Of a stretch of 64,000 nucleotides of DNA, positions 1 through 11,499 are shown in pieces; within the stretch, counting starts at the first letter, position 1; every line of letters begins with the position of its first letter. A program made the position numbers and the translations under genes. Origin of the DNA: Eukaryota sp. TZLM1-RC (lineage: Eukaryota > Protista > Metamonada: BaSk clade). Location: NCBI GenBank assembly GCA_040285825.1, contig JAUPSS010000003.1, positions 806,001 to 870,000 of the forward strand, written 5' to 3'. Under the pieces are notes generated by a model. It was given only the letters and a program-made list of their open reading frames with translations. It was not told the DNA's origin and searched no databases.

Positions 1-438
1 CAACTGGGCCCTCATGTCTCTTTCTTCAGCTACCTTATCCACATACTGAATCCACCACCCCCTAACTGGATGTGGTTCAATGACAGCTTTACCTGTCTTG
101 GCAAGGTACTGAACAAAACCTGAAACAGAGGTCCATCTGGTTGCATTGAGATGGACATGGTGTTTATCACGAATTAAAAGGTTGTACACATGGTTTGCAT
201 CAACTTTTGACGTGCCAAAATGGCCCTTTAGAGTATCAAGAAAAGATTGTTCAAATTGAGTAGAGAATTCGCTCAATTGTTTATCTTGATTCTGAGAGAA
301 GAGTTCCATTTTGCGGAGGTGAGAATCTGACTGACAATGGTTTTGGAAGGCATTGGCATCTTTAAGCTGTTTTTGACAGACCTGACAATAGAATTTGAGC
401 TTCTGTAGTCCACGTAGCTGTCTTTGTTTTGGAGGCAT
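1..438 (-). CDS. KIN17: KIN17 DNA/RNA-binding zinc-finger protein, N-terminal part (runs off window start)
   Basis: Manual translation from ATG 438: MPPKQRQLRGLQKLKFYCQVCQKQLKDANAFQNHCQSDSHLRKM...HHVHLNATRWTSVSGFVQYLAKTGK, matching the KIN17 C2H2 finger and Kin17_mid motifs. Confidence 0.93.
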   Translation of the reverse strand, partial: MPPKQRQLRGLQKLKFYCQVCQKQLKDANAFQNHCQSDSHLRKMELFSQNQDKQLSEFSTQFEQSFLDTLKGHFGTSKVDANHVYNLLIRDKHHVHLNATRWTSVSGFVQYLAKTGKAVIEPHPVRGWWIQYVDKVAEERDMRAQL

Positions 439-528
439 GAGTTAAGAGTACGTATGTGAAAGAAGGTTACCTAAGTGCAGAGATTGAACAAAAGAAATTC
501 ATTTTCAATAACAATAATCAATAAGACA

Positions 529-3156
529 ATGGAAGAAGACTTTGACTATAGCTTTGAAGATGAAGGGTTTGAAGATATGCAGCCACTTTCAGAACCTATT
601 CTTCCTCGCCAAGTGATTCAAAGCCAATACATAGTGGAATCTCCCGATGTACAATTCTCCTCAGACCACCTTACTTCTAGACTCCACTCACTATCTGATT
701 GTCGGGTTGTCTCTTTCGTTGGGCCTCTTCATTCAGGCAAAAGTACTTTAATAGACCATTTTGCCTGCTCTTCTTTCCACAGACCCTCTTCTTACAAAGG
801 CCCTCCTCTGAAAATCGGGGAGAAATGGACTGATGCTAGAAAAGATGAACATGAACGCCTTATATCAATCAAATCCCAATCAATCACGATACCAACTTCC
901 TCTTGTGTTCTTTCTCTTCTGGACACCCCTGGCCACCCACAGTTCATGGACGAAGTACAAAATAGTACCGCATTGAGTGATGGTGTGGTTCTGGTGATTG
1001 ATGCTGCAGAGGGTGTTACCCACCAAGTTAAACGGATTCTTGTTGATTGTTGTTCAAAGTCAATTCCAATGGTATTGGCTTTAAATAAAATTGATAGAAT
1101 TATGTTGGAATTAAGAATGCCCCCTAATGATTGTTATTTGAAGTTAGCTTATATCATTCATCAGGTCAATAAACTTATTTTTGAGCTATCAGATGACGGG
1201 ACGGAGAATTATTTTGACCCAAGAAAGAACAATGTTGTTTTCAGTTCTGGATATTATGAATTTTGTTTTACTTTGGCTGATTTTGACCACGTGATACGGT
1301 CAAAATCTAAAGAGAATGTGCAAGACTTATCACATCATCTTTGGGGAGACGTTTATTATGATGTTGGGTCCAATCTAATTACTCCGAACTCAGTCAACAA
1401 TCAACGAACATTTGTTTTGTTTTGCTTGGAACCTCTCTATAAGTTGGTTATTAATACCCTGTCAATTTCAGATGCTAAAGTATTAAGAAATTTTTTGAAA
1501 AAAGAATTGGGAATTAAATTATCAGCTGAAGAATCAAAGCTTGATTTTTCAGCATTAATGAAAGTTACTATAAATAAACTTTTCAAAAGGAATTTTGTTG
1601 ACGTTTTTGCTGATGTGATAAGGTCAAAAATACCGTCCTTTTTGACCTTTCAATCGAAACTGATTCAACAGTTTCCATTTTTGGACTGTCGTAATAGTGT
1701 CTTTTTCACCAAAATTTTCCCCAATCCTGATGGAGTTTCGTTTTCCCTGCTTTCTCGCGTGATCAAGGGGTCAATAATGCCAAATTTGACCTTGAATTTC
1801 CAAGAACAATCAAATATTCTTCACAGTTCTGACCTTCAATCAACACGGGTTAAATCAATCGCAATCAATCAATCAAGATTTTCATTACCAATCTCCACCG
1901 CCCCATTAGGAAGTTTAGTTAGTATTTCTTTACAATCAAATGTTTTGAACAAGAACTTGGGGTTTGGTTTTGATGAAGGACAAGGGGGTCCTATTCCACT
2001 CAAAATTTTTAAATATTTGGATGAACCTGTCATTAAGCTCCCAATTGAGCCACTCTTGTCAACCGACACCTCTCAAATGATCTCAGCTCTCCAAATTTTG
2101 CAAAAATACTATCCCTTACTTAAAGTTTCCATCACGGATAACAACGACTATTCTCTATCAGGTCCAGGAGAGCTTTACCTTGACTGTGCTTTAAAAGATC
2201 TTCGGGAATTCTTTGGCAAGATTGAGGTTAGGGTCACTGATCCAATGGTAGAGGTCAGAGAAACCATTACTGACAAGTCATCATTTGAATGTGTTTCAAA
2301 GTCTGTTAATGAAGCAAATACTGTCAGTATGGTTGCAGAAATGATTGAGAAGGAAGTTGCTGACGTCATTAGGTCAAAAGTGCACGTGATGAATGAGACT
2401 AAAGAAGAATTGTCCAATGCTGGGTGGGATGAATTGACTGTGGATAACATATGGAGTTTTGGACCAGTTTCCTCTTTTGAAAGGTCAAATACAATCATTA
2501 ATGAGACAATGGTCACGTCAACAGGTCAATATTCCCCACCACCTGATGACGTCATTCTATCAATCATTAAGGGGTTTGATTGGGCAGTCAGAGAAGGTCC
2601 ACTCACAGGAGCACCAATCACTTCTTCCTGTTTTAGGCTTTTACTTGGCAACTTTGCTCAAACACTCTATAGTCGATCCTCTGTCCAAATTATCCCTTTG
2701 ATCAAGAAAGCTTGCCATGGAGCTTTTCTTACCGCGTCTCCAAGATTGATGGAACCAGTGTTTGCTGTTGAATTCATCACTACCGAACAAGGAATTGGAA
2801 TTGTAAATAAGGTCTTGAAAAGTCGTCGAGGTCACGTGATATCCACGTCACCACAGCCTGGAACGCCGTTGACTTTGATTGAGGCCATGGTTCCTGTTTT
2901 AGATTCATTTGGCTTGGAAATTGATGTAGGGATACTCTCCAGAGGTTCTGTTTCATGTTCAACATACTTCTCGCACTTTGCAATTATGGAAGGTGATCCT
3001 CTTGACAATTCTATCGAGCTCCCACCATTGGAAAAAATGTCAGTGGCTGCCTTAGCTAGGGATGTTATGGTGAAGACACGCAGAAGGAAGGGTTTGGAGG
3101 ACGACTTGGTATTAAGTAGTTATTTTGATTTGGAAAACATTGAATCAATGGAATAA
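529..3156 (+). CDS. EFTUD2: U5 snRNP 116 kDa GTPase (Snu114/EFTUD2)
   Basis: Acidic N-terminus, G motifs GPLHSGKS / DTPGHPQF / NKID, EF2-like domains, C-terminal ARDVMVKTRRRKGL; first ATG at 529. Confidence 0.93.
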   Translation: MEEDFDYSFEDEGFEDMQPLSEPILPRQVIQSQYIVESPDVQFSSDHLTSRLHSLSDCRVVSFVGPLHSGKSTLIDHFACSSFHRPSSYKGPPLKIGEKWTDARKDEHERLISIKSQSITIPTSSCVLSLLDTPGHPQFMDEVQNSTALSDGVVLVIDAAEGVTHQVKRILVDCCSKSIPMVLALNKIDRIMLELRMPPNDCYLKLAYIIHQVNKLIFELSDDGTENYFDPRKNNVVFSSGYYEFCFTLADFDHVIRSKSKENVQDLSHHLWGDVYYDVGSNLITPNSVNNQRTFVLFCLEPLYKLVINTLSISDAKVLRNFLKKELGIKLSAEESKLDFSALMKVTINKLFKRNFVDVFADVIRSKIPSFLTFQSKLIQQFPFLDCRNSVFFTKIFPNPDGVSFSLLSRVIKGSIMPNLTLNFQEQSNILHSSDLQSTRVKSIAINQSRFSLPISTAPLGSLVSISLQSNVLNKNLGFGFDEGQGGPIPLKIFKYLDEPVIKLPIEPLLSTDTSQMISALQILQKYYPLLKVSITDNNDYSLSGPGELYLDCALKDLREFFGKIEVRVTDPMVEVRETITDKSSFECVSKSVNEANTVSMVAEMIEKEVADVIRSKVHVMNETKEELSNAGWDELTVDNIWSFGPVSSFERSNTIINETMVTSTGQYSPPPDDVILSIIKGFDWAVREGPLTGAPITSSCFRLLLGNFAQTLYSRSSVQIIPLIKKACHGAFLTASPRLMEPVFAVEFITTEQGIGIVNKVLKSRRGHVISTSPQPGTPLTLIEAMVPVLDSFGLEIDVGILSRGSVSCSTYFSHFAIMEGDPLDNSIELPPLEKMSVAALARDVMVKTRRRKGLEDDLVLSSYFDLENIESME

Positions 3157-3765
3157 ATATCGAGTCAGAGTTGAATTTCGCGGTTTGATCTCTTTCATTA
3201 TTCATTCACTTTTTTATGTGTTTATAATTAATAAATTTTTTAAAGCAAAATTTCTACATTGTTTCACATTGACTAATGCTTAAACCAATTTATTTCAAGA
3301 TTGAAGATTACATACGCACAATCTTTTCACACCTTTTGATGATTTTTCGAGAGTAAGGTCAAATTAAACACCCTCTGCACACTGCCACCATAACATCATA
3401 ACAACAACATTGTAATCATCCACTATGATACATCTGAATATATTATTCTAGTTTTAGGAAATTTACACAAGACAAATTTAAATACTGGCAATAATATTTC
3501 CAGTGAATCACAAAGAAATATAATTACATATTTGTTGTTACAAGGTAGAACTAATCATCCTTCTCCCGTTCAAAATCTTCCTTTCAATATTCCATCATAA
3601 TTGATTTGTTCATCTTTTGATGGATCCCTGACTTAGTTATCAGAATTTCTAATTATTTGTATATGTAGAATACAAGATCAACTTGGCACAACATTTCAAA
3701 GTTGATGAGCAAAAAACAAATACATCACTTGACTGATTAATTTATTGCAATTTCTACAACTAATT

Positions 3766-4683
3766 TCAAATAAAACTAATGTGACGATTCGATTGGGCTT
3801 CCAAGAATTCACAACAGAGAGGACGAAACTCAACCAATGTACAGGATAGTTTACGAACATTTTCTAATAAACCACTATCACATTGCACGATTTCCTGATG
3901 TGCAATCAATGCTAAAAACTTTAACACCTCAAGTCCTACAACTTTCAATGATTCCTCTGCTTCCTCACCCTCTGAGATCAAGCAATCAAGGACATGACTA
4001 ACCACGCATTCAATTATTTCTTCGACTACTTCTGATGGAGGAGGAGGGTGAACCTTGCATATGTTAGGGTAAAGAGAAATGAAGGGCACAATGTCGTCCC
4101 ATTGCTCACACTCAATATAATCTGAGAAAACTGATGTAGAAATGTAAGATATTCCATGTTCAATGGCTACATCCCTGTATTGAACGTCTTTGTTGACAAG
4201 ATTACTGATTAATGTCAGGATATCTCGCTTGTTGGAAAGCGCAATCGTGGCATCAGCTTCATTCAGTACAATTTGAATTAAAGTTTGAACCAATTGTTGT
4301 GAAATATGTTCCAAATTAGAGAAACTACATAATAAAATAGAAAGAATGCCTAGACAATTCTCAACTAATTCATCCATTTCGTCATCAACATCAAGGTCTT
4401 CTGTATTAGCTTTGATAATGGATAGAATGGTTTCTAAAAATGATGTTAGAGAAATTTTTGATTGAATTTTTGATTGAGTCTCTTGTGTAGCAGATTTGAG
4501 GAGCATGAGGAGTGATCTTGCACCATATAATTTAGTTTTGGTAGAAGGGTTGTCAAACATATCAATAAACAGAGGGATGTCATTACAAGATAAATGATCG
4601 ACAACGATATCCTCCACCATGAGTGAAGATGGATCAAAGACACATTGACTTGGAGAATTCGAATCAGCACCTGGTCCTTCCAT
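3766..4683 (-). CDS. ARM-repeat protein, importin-alpha-like helical repeats
   Basis: 305 aa helical ORF; segments ISNLVNKDVQYRDVAIEHG and NICKVHPPPP resemble importin-alpha ARM repeats. Confidence 0.55.
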   Translation of the reverse strand: MEGPGADSNSPSQCVFDPSSLMVEDIVVDHLSCNDIPLFIDMFDNPSTKTKLYGARSLLMLLKSATQETQSKIQSKISLTSFLETILSIIKANTEDLDVDDEMDELVENCLGILSILLCSFSNLEHISQQLVQTLIQIVLNEADATIALSNKRDILTLISNLVNKDVQYRDVAIEHGISYISTSVFSDYIECEQWDDIVPFISLYPNICKVHPPPPSEVVEEIIECVVSHVLDCLISEGEEAEESLKVVGLEVLKFLALIAHQEIVQCDSGLLENVRKLSCTLVEFRPLCCEFLEAQSNRHISFI

Positions 4684-5248
4684 TGTTTGATGTGATGAAA
4701 AGGCGAGGAAAGAGTATACTCTGATTGTATCAGAGAGTGGTTTTGTATTTAAAGGAAGAAGATCTTCCTTCCTTAGTTTCTTCCTTAGTGATCTTCTATT
4801 GCCAAATCAGCATAAGCACTGTGGAGGATGTACTGCTATGAGAACACACAACATGTCATTTTCATGTAGAATATATAGAATATGAATATAGAATTTAAAA
4901 GTTTTTTTCAACAAAAACGCCAAAAACCAAGATACAAAATTCTAGAACACTATTTATTGAATCTTGAACTATCAAAAACGATACTTAGAACTTCAAAATG
5001 AATCAGTTGAGAACAATGGAAAAACTACGTAAACTAATTCGACAACAGGATTAAGAAAAGCGAATAATCTACGAAATTGAAAAGGTAAGGAAAAAAATGA
5101 TCAAGAGTGAAATATCAAACGTTTTCCAATCCAAGGCTTGATTGAATCAACTACATGATGTCCGAGACCTTGGTATAAATCTTGGATGATATTTAAACAC
5201 CACCTCAATTTGGTTATGTCCCCTCGAGTAAACTTAAAACAAATGACT

Positions 5249-6343
5249 TTACTTTCTTCGCCTCTTTTTATCAGATGATAGTAAAGCAGAAACTGCATCC
5301 TTCCAAGATCTTTTCTTCCCCACTGGAGTGTTTAATTCTTCAGCAAGACTACTTCTTAGATGAGTAAATGAACTATCAAATTGAGGCATATCCTCTGGTG
5401 CTTTGGGACACGGTTCTTCCATAAAGAACCGATGAGTAAGCAGCTCTTCTGTGGTGGGACGTAGACTAGGTTCATACTGGAGCATTTTCAACAGTAGATC
5501 CCTTGCTGAGGAAGACAGCTTTTTTTGTTTCATTCGTTGCAATATTTTGGGTCCTTTGAAGTTGTAAGGAACCTTGAGTTTGACTTCAGAGCTGAGCAAT
5601 AATCTATGAATCTCTTCGCACTCAGGTGCAGGGAAACCAAGGTTATCTGTGAAATAAGCAGCTAGTTCCGTCTCGGTTCGTGCAGGAAAAACAGGTCTTC
5701 CAAGAAGCAGTTCACCCAATACTGCACCAATAGAAAATACATCACTCGCTGTGCCATACTGTCCACCAAGAAGGATCTCAGGAGCTCTATACCATAACGT
5801 CACTACGTTAGGCGTAAGTGGAAGACATGGTATCGAGACCTGCCGGGAAAGTCCCATATCACACAATTTCATAACTCCATTTTGTGAATACAACAAGTTT
5901 GAAAGTTTTATATCTCGATGTATTATATTGGACTTGTGTAGGCAATCCACTGCTTTAATTAAATCCCGAACTAGGGACTTAATTTCAGATAACTGAAAAG
6001 GATTGTGTTTAAATTTGTCAATAATAGCAGCTAAATCGTGGTCAATAAACTCCATAATAAGGTAGAATTCGCACAAATGATGTCCTAAAGCAATTCCATG
6101 GACACTTATGATATTTGGATGGTTAAGAGATAAAAGGTACTTAATTTCTCTAAGGGCGGTTATTGGGAGACCGTCTCGTAGAACACGTTTTTCATCGACT
6201 CGAACTTTTTTGAGCGCAACCAGTTGGTTAGAGCATGTATCACGCGCGAGGAGCACAATGCCATAAGTTCCTTCACCGACAGTCTTGATGATTTCAAAGT
6301 CATCAAGAGAACGTAGAGATGGAGGAAGAGTAACCAGTGACAT
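5249..6343 (-). CDS. Cyclin-dependent kinase, CDK10/CDK11-like
   Basis: GEGTYG, VALKK, GLPITALRE, HRDIKLSNLL, VVTLWYRAPE, C-terminal EEPCPKAPEDMPQF like CDK10; DFG replaced by DMG. Confidence 0.88.
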   Translation of the reverse strand: MSLVTLPPSLRSLDDFEIIKTVGEGTYGIVLLARDTCSNQLVALKKVRVDEKRVLRDGLPITALREIKYLLSLNHPNIISVHGIALGHHLCEFYLIMEFIDHDLAAIIDKFKHNPFQLSEIKSLVRDLIKAVDCLHKSNIIHRDIKLSNLLYSQNGVMKLCDMGLSRQVSIPCLPLTPNVVTLWYRAPEILLGGQYGTASDVFSIGAVLGELLLGRPVFPARTETELAAYFTDNLGFPAPECEEIHRLLLSSEVKLKVPYNFKGPKILQRMKQKKLSSSARDLLLKMLQYEPSLRPTTEELLTHRFFMEEPCPKAPEDMPQFDSSFTHLRSSLAEELNTPVGKKRSWKDAVSALLSSDKKRRRK

Positions 6344-6770
6344 GAGCTAAGTACTCACGCTGATGTCAAATAGTACTAAAAGGTTATATGGTTTGTGGGA
6401 AATTTCCATTACACGATCAATTTTCGTGTAGAATAATTACAAAATCTATCTACTACACAGATACTGAGGCCTTTCATTACCACTCATTCTGGCTTCAGCA
6501 ATTGCAAACATATTCAGACAAGCCAGCTTTTTTGTATTGAAAAGCTTTGTTGAGCTTTTGTTACTGAGTTTGCAACTCTCACTATTACAATCTAATAAAC
6601 CATGGCATGTAGTAGCAGGAGTCTTTTCTCTTCTATAGCGTCTGGGATTTGTTACTCTCAAAAACATATCAACCTTCTCAAAACAAACAGGACATTTTGC
6701 TGAAGTGAAAGCTTCATTAATCATCAATACTTAAAATCCATTTTTTCAGAAATTGAATCCATCCAATTTC
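6344..6770 (-). mobile_element. Fanzor1 C-terminal remnant with structured 3' end
   Basis: NEAFTSAKCPVC...NPRRYR...CHGLLDC..C...LACLNM...GNERPQYLCSR corresponds to Fanzor1 RuvC-II, Zn finger and RPxYL tail; hairpins follow the stop codon. Confidence 0.8.
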
Positions 6771-6829
6771 TCGAGTAGATCTTTGATGTTTCAAATTCTT
6801 TTTTTTACTTATTTTATTCAAAAGAAATT

Positions 6830-9335
6830 GTTAAAAACTAAAAAGCAATTTCCTCAAACTCCACATCTACCATTGAAAATTTGCCTACAACATTTTCTTT
6901 GTAAAATTTTCCTAGTGATAACAACGAGCTAGAAACTAGGCTATGCATTTCTTTAAAAATAGAAAATACAATTCTATTTTGCCAAAAGGTTCGGTCAAAT
7001 GTTCTTCCAGTTCTGTTTTTGACAATCGATGAAAAATCGTCTATAAAATATAACGCAGTTTTACCCAAGGTTCCAAATAAAGAAAAAGCAAAAGGACAAA
7101 GAAGGTATTGATTATGTGAGTTGGAATTCAGATTAATGATTCTTTCAGCATATTTGGTAAATTTCGCTTCTTCAGCTGTACGTCAACTTGAATTATAAGA
7201 TGATGTCAATTTTTCATTTGAGCTGTTTGATTTATTAGTAGACCTGAAATCAATAATGATCATTGATCCATCATGACCGGGAATTAACACATCACCGCGG
7301 CTATCACCAAAAGAATTTCTGTCAGCTTCATCAGCCAAATTTGAAAGCAAATGTTCTGAAAAGAATTCGATCTTGTAAGACTTAAACATACAATAGAGCT
7401 GATCACGACCTGCATCATGCACTTTTGATCTAAAAGTAATAAAACGATTACAATTGAATAAATGGGTTAAAGTGACAGTCTTTCCACGATTACAAATTAA
7501 ACCATGGGGAAGATTATAAGGTCAAATAAAAGATCGAAGACGCATAGATAATAAAAAGCAAGGGTCATCTAGAAACAAACCATAAATTTTTAGTACTTGA
7601 TTAATTAAACAAGACTCAATTTACTTAAATGTGTTTTGTTATCGAATTCTCCAGTTTCCACAATAGTTGATGGTATTGAAATTCAAGCCAAATTATATTC
7701 AATTGATGCTATTCGTCGGTTGGGTTCGTTTTTAGGAAATAATGATGAAATTACCAAAAAATTGTTTGAAAAGTTGAACTCAATTTCTGACAAAATTGTC
7801 CGAATGATGAATTTAGATATAAAAAACACATCAAATTTACCATTATAAGACTGTGTTTTAGTTCCAATTTTAATCATATATTTCGATCTACAAATCCTCT
7901 CGTCACTAGACCTTTGGCTCAGAAGTTTAATGAGTTACGTGCAAAAGTTCTGTCTCAATTACTGGGATGTAAAATGTTTCAAATTCCAAATCATGCTTAC
8001 CTTAGTCCACATTATGGCGGTTCAGGTTGGACGAAGGCTTCTATTCTTACTTCGTGTGTTTTTATTGGTGGATGCAGAAATGCAATTTTTAAGTTTTCTG
8101 AAAGATTTGCTGATTGGGAAGATTTATTAATGACAACGCAAAGTTCCACTGTTTTTGCATTAAATGAAAAAATTTCAAAAATTGATGTAGAAAAATGGGG
8201 TCGATGTTTTCCAAAATCATTCAATGGCAATATTCCAGAAAAAAATGTTTTAAATTTGAAGTACACTCTTCGAACATTACAGAAAAGATTGACTGGAATG
8301 TATGAAAATGATCTTTATAGTAATATATTCAGCTCGGCTGTTTTAAATCAAGATCTTCACTCATTGTTATCGGAAAAGGGTGTTTGTGAAAACAAGTCGT
8401 CAGATTCTTCACTTTTTGTAACCATTGTACCACGAAGATTTGGATTGTGTGCCACTAATGAAGCATTTGTAACAAAAATGAGATTATATTTGAACATCCC
8501 CATTAATCAATTATTATCAAAAGAAAAATGTATTTGTTCGAATTCAGCTCAACTCACTTTGCGCCATGCTCTGAATTGCTCTAAATTGATAACTTATCGT
8601 TCTTCATTACATGATGCTGTTAGAGACACTGTTTTCAATATGGCACAAACTGCAAGGATATCGTGTATCAAAGAGCCCCTGCTGAAGGAAACACTTTCTC
8701 TGAATAATTTTGGTTCTGATGATAGAGGTGATGTATACTGTGATTGGATTGATAATTCTGAAGCTATTGTTGACTTTGTCTCATGTAATGTTGCAAATGA
8801 TACTTTGGTTCACAGAAGAAAACTTAATCCTGTGGCTGCTCTCGATTTTAAAGCAAATGAGAAACATAGAAAATATGATAAAGATATTGAAGAGGCTAAT
8901 GTCGATAGAAATACACAGCTGGTTTTTATTGCTTTCCCATTTTCGATAAACGGAAGACTATCAGTAGAAGCAGAAACTTTTTTGAATGACTTCCAAAAAA
9001 TGGTTCAAGAAAAAACAATGAAAAGATTTGATATTTTTTATGGCGTTCACGGATTCAATTTGCCATTATTAATAGATTAGCTCGGTTTTTCAATCGAATT
9101 AGAGAAACTTTAGCTAGACAGCAAGCAGATCAAGATTTTGTAGAGGAAATCTTGGTTCAATGATAGTCGTCCCATTAGTTATGAGGTAATTTAATTAAGT
9201 GTGGAAATTCAATAAATACATTATGTTAAACAAGACGCAGAACTATCGCAAACATCCAGTAAAAAATTTGCAAAAGCGGAATCTTTTTGTTTGGCCATGC
9301 CAAGACGTACTTCATTATCCAAGCCTTCAAATATT
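6830..9335 (-). mobile_element. Decayed RT-RLE non-LTR retrotransposon 3' fragment (family B), interrupted by a family A copy
   Basis: Fragments HDAGRDQLYCMFKSY...RGDV and FWQNRIVFSIFK at 6830-7604 continue at 9237-9335 (LGMAKQKDSAFANFL). Confidence 0.8.
7616..9225 (+). mobile_element. 5'-truncated RT-RLE non-LTR retrotransposon (family A, CRE-like) with 11 bp TSD
   Basis: CxC..HALNC knuckle and HDAVRD..EP..RGD..D..KHRKY RLE endonuclease motifs; TSD TTAAACAAGAC at 7605-7615 and 9226-9236. Confidence 0.92.
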
Positions 9336-9897
9336 ACTGTAAGTACACCGGTACATTTGTCAAAAGACAGCGGTGTGCTTCCGCAATGCGTCGGGCTGTC
9401 CCAGAAAAAAATGAGGACTAGCACCACGGGCGAACCTCTCGGCTTCCAGTACGGCGGCTTGATGAACAGAGTGGTGGAAAGGGCCAACTTGGGCATGATG
9501 ACAGAATAAAAAGAGTGTCGTAAACAACAGCCTCCCTAACGAAGGGCTGTCGGTTGTGGTGCACCGAGAACATCACAGAGTCACAACACAGTTCCAGGAA
9601 CTGCTGCTGTGTGAGCCAACTGCTCAGGTCTCGGCGCTGTACAACAAAAAGTTGAGCCAGCCTAGTAGCAAGTACTGCAATACGTTGCTTGTTCGTAAGC
9701 TGACTCTCCAATTCCGACTGGACCACATGAGAGAAGAAGGTATTAACTGATGCTGCCACTGTTATAGTCATCAGTGCACTGGGCGTGACAATTGAGATTC
9801 AAGATTAGTTTCCGTTGTGACAGTCAACACTCTAACAGAATCATGTAATGAAGAACGATAAGTTATCAATTAAGAACAAGTCAGAACATGACATAAG

Positions 9898-10225
9898 GTG
9901 AGCTGTGGTGAATTCGAACAAATACATTTTTCTTTTAATAATAATTGATTAATGGGAATATTCAAACATAATCTCATTTTGTTACAAACGCTTCATTGAT
10001 AACACACAATCCAAATCTTCGTGTCACAATGGTTACAAACATTGATGAATTTGATGACTGATTTTCACAAACACCCTTTTCCAATAACAATGAGTGAAGA
10101 TCTTGATTTAAAACAGCCGAGCTGCATTCATTATTATAAAGATCATTTTCATACATTCCAGTCAATCGTTTTTGTAATGTTCGAAGAGTGTTTTTAAAAT
10201 TTAAAAGATTCTTTTCTGGAATATT
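9898..10225 (-). mobile_element. Internal fragment of family A retrotransposon
   Basis: Reverse-complement match to about 8230-8560 (TLQKRLTGMYENDLY...NEAFVTK). Confidence 0.88.
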
Positions 10226-10497
10226 ACGATAGGGGTTGAGTATATAAAGAATTGGAATTATTACTAACCTTTGAAAATAGAGGAATGTTGTACATGTTGA
10301 AATTTCTATAGCCACAAAACTAAAAAACGAAAGAATGACATGATGATAGTTTGATCAGCCAAAAATTTAATCTTTTACTCTTGTAGACAATTCTATTTGT
10401 TTTAGTTTTCATTCAAAATCCACTATATTGGAAAACATAGAGCTGAATAAGTGCATAAAACAATCAATAGAATACAATCTTTACAATACCTCAGAAA

Positions 10498-11436
10498 TCA
10501 CAAACTTAAATAATTTCCACGCAACCAGTCATCCAAAACATTTATTCTTTTCTGGGCAAACAGACGATAATCAAACTCTACATCAACACACTGGGCCATC
10601 AGCTCTGCCCAGACCGCCCAATAAATTAAAGAAACAAAAACAAAATTATCCACAAGATCACAAAAATCAGAGAGGCTTATAGGATGATTCATTAAGTTTT
10701 GATATTGAGATAATAATTCAAGTCTCCGTTTTCTCTTGGGAAACAATTTAGAATTCATTTGAAATGTACAGTGTTCAACAAAGAAATTAGCCAAATCATA
10801 AGCGGGGTTGTTGAGAGAACAATATTCAAAATCAATAAAAGAAATTTGATTGTCGGGAGTTAGAATTAAATTTCCTGAAAGTAAATCATTATGGCAAATA
10901 CAAAGGTTAAGTTTTGGTAATTGAGATATTCGGTGCTCAAAGTTCTTTAATAAAACTAATATTCGGCTTAAATCAAGCGAAACCATCGTATTACTTGACT
11001 CAAGTTGCGAAATCCAAATTCGGATGGTGTCAAAAATAGACTTATTAGCTGATTGACTGGGAACGGGACAAGAATGTAGCTTACAGAGACTCTCTATAAC
11101 TAACGGAGCAAACGCCGCCATTTCATTGTCCTCAAGTGAACGTCCTTCAATATACTCTGCAACGTCACCTTCATTACTTGAAAACAACACACGGGGAGCA
11201 AGTGTAAACTGAATGAGATGGTGTCGCAGAAAATGTTCTTGGTCTCTATCAATAACAATGCATGTCTTGTTGCCAAAGAATCTGCATGAAAGTGAAGTGC
11301 CATCTTCTAATAGGATTTTAAAAAGTTTGTTGGTAATTCCCCCAGATAGTGCAGTTATCATTGTAGGACGAGAAGGAAGGCTTACGTTGTTGAGGAATGT
11401 GTAGACATGATCTACAGAAGATAAGGCAACAGGCAT
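10498..11436 (-). CDS. Choline/ethanolamine kinase
   Basis: LSGGITNKLF, CHNDLLSGN (Brenner motif), FIDFEY, YDLANFFVE; probable ATG at 11436 (MPVALSS). Confidence 0.92.
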   Translation of the reverse strand: MPVALSSVDHVYTFLNNVSLPSRPTMITALSGGITNKLFKILLEDGTSLSCRFFGNKTCIVIDRDQEHFLRHHLIQFTLAPRVLFSSNEGDVAEYIEGRSLEDNEMAAFAPLVIESLCKLHSCPVPSQSANKSIFDTIRIWISQLESSNTMVSLDLSRILVLLKNFEHRISQLPKLNLCICHNDLLSGNLILTPDNQISFIDFEYCSLNNPAYDLANFFVEHCTFQMNSKLFPKRKRRLELLSQYQNLMNHPISLSDFCDLVDNFVFVSLIYWAVWAELMAQCVDVEFDYRLFAQKRINVLDDWLRGNYLSL

Positions 11437-11499
11437 AGGCAAATAGCACAAAAATGTCAAAAACTGAACCGATGTCAATTTAGTAACCTTGTCATTATT

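Noticed and set aside
4745-4800. Upstream IBB-like exon (RSLRKKLRKEDLL) for the ARM protein
   Set aside because: It is out of frame and I found no convincing ATG or splice sites; it may just be a purine-rich local repeat.
1-6343. Functional cluster of splicing-related genes (KIN17, SNU114, CDK10/11-like)
   Set aside because: There are too few genes to distinguish from chance in a gene-dense genome.
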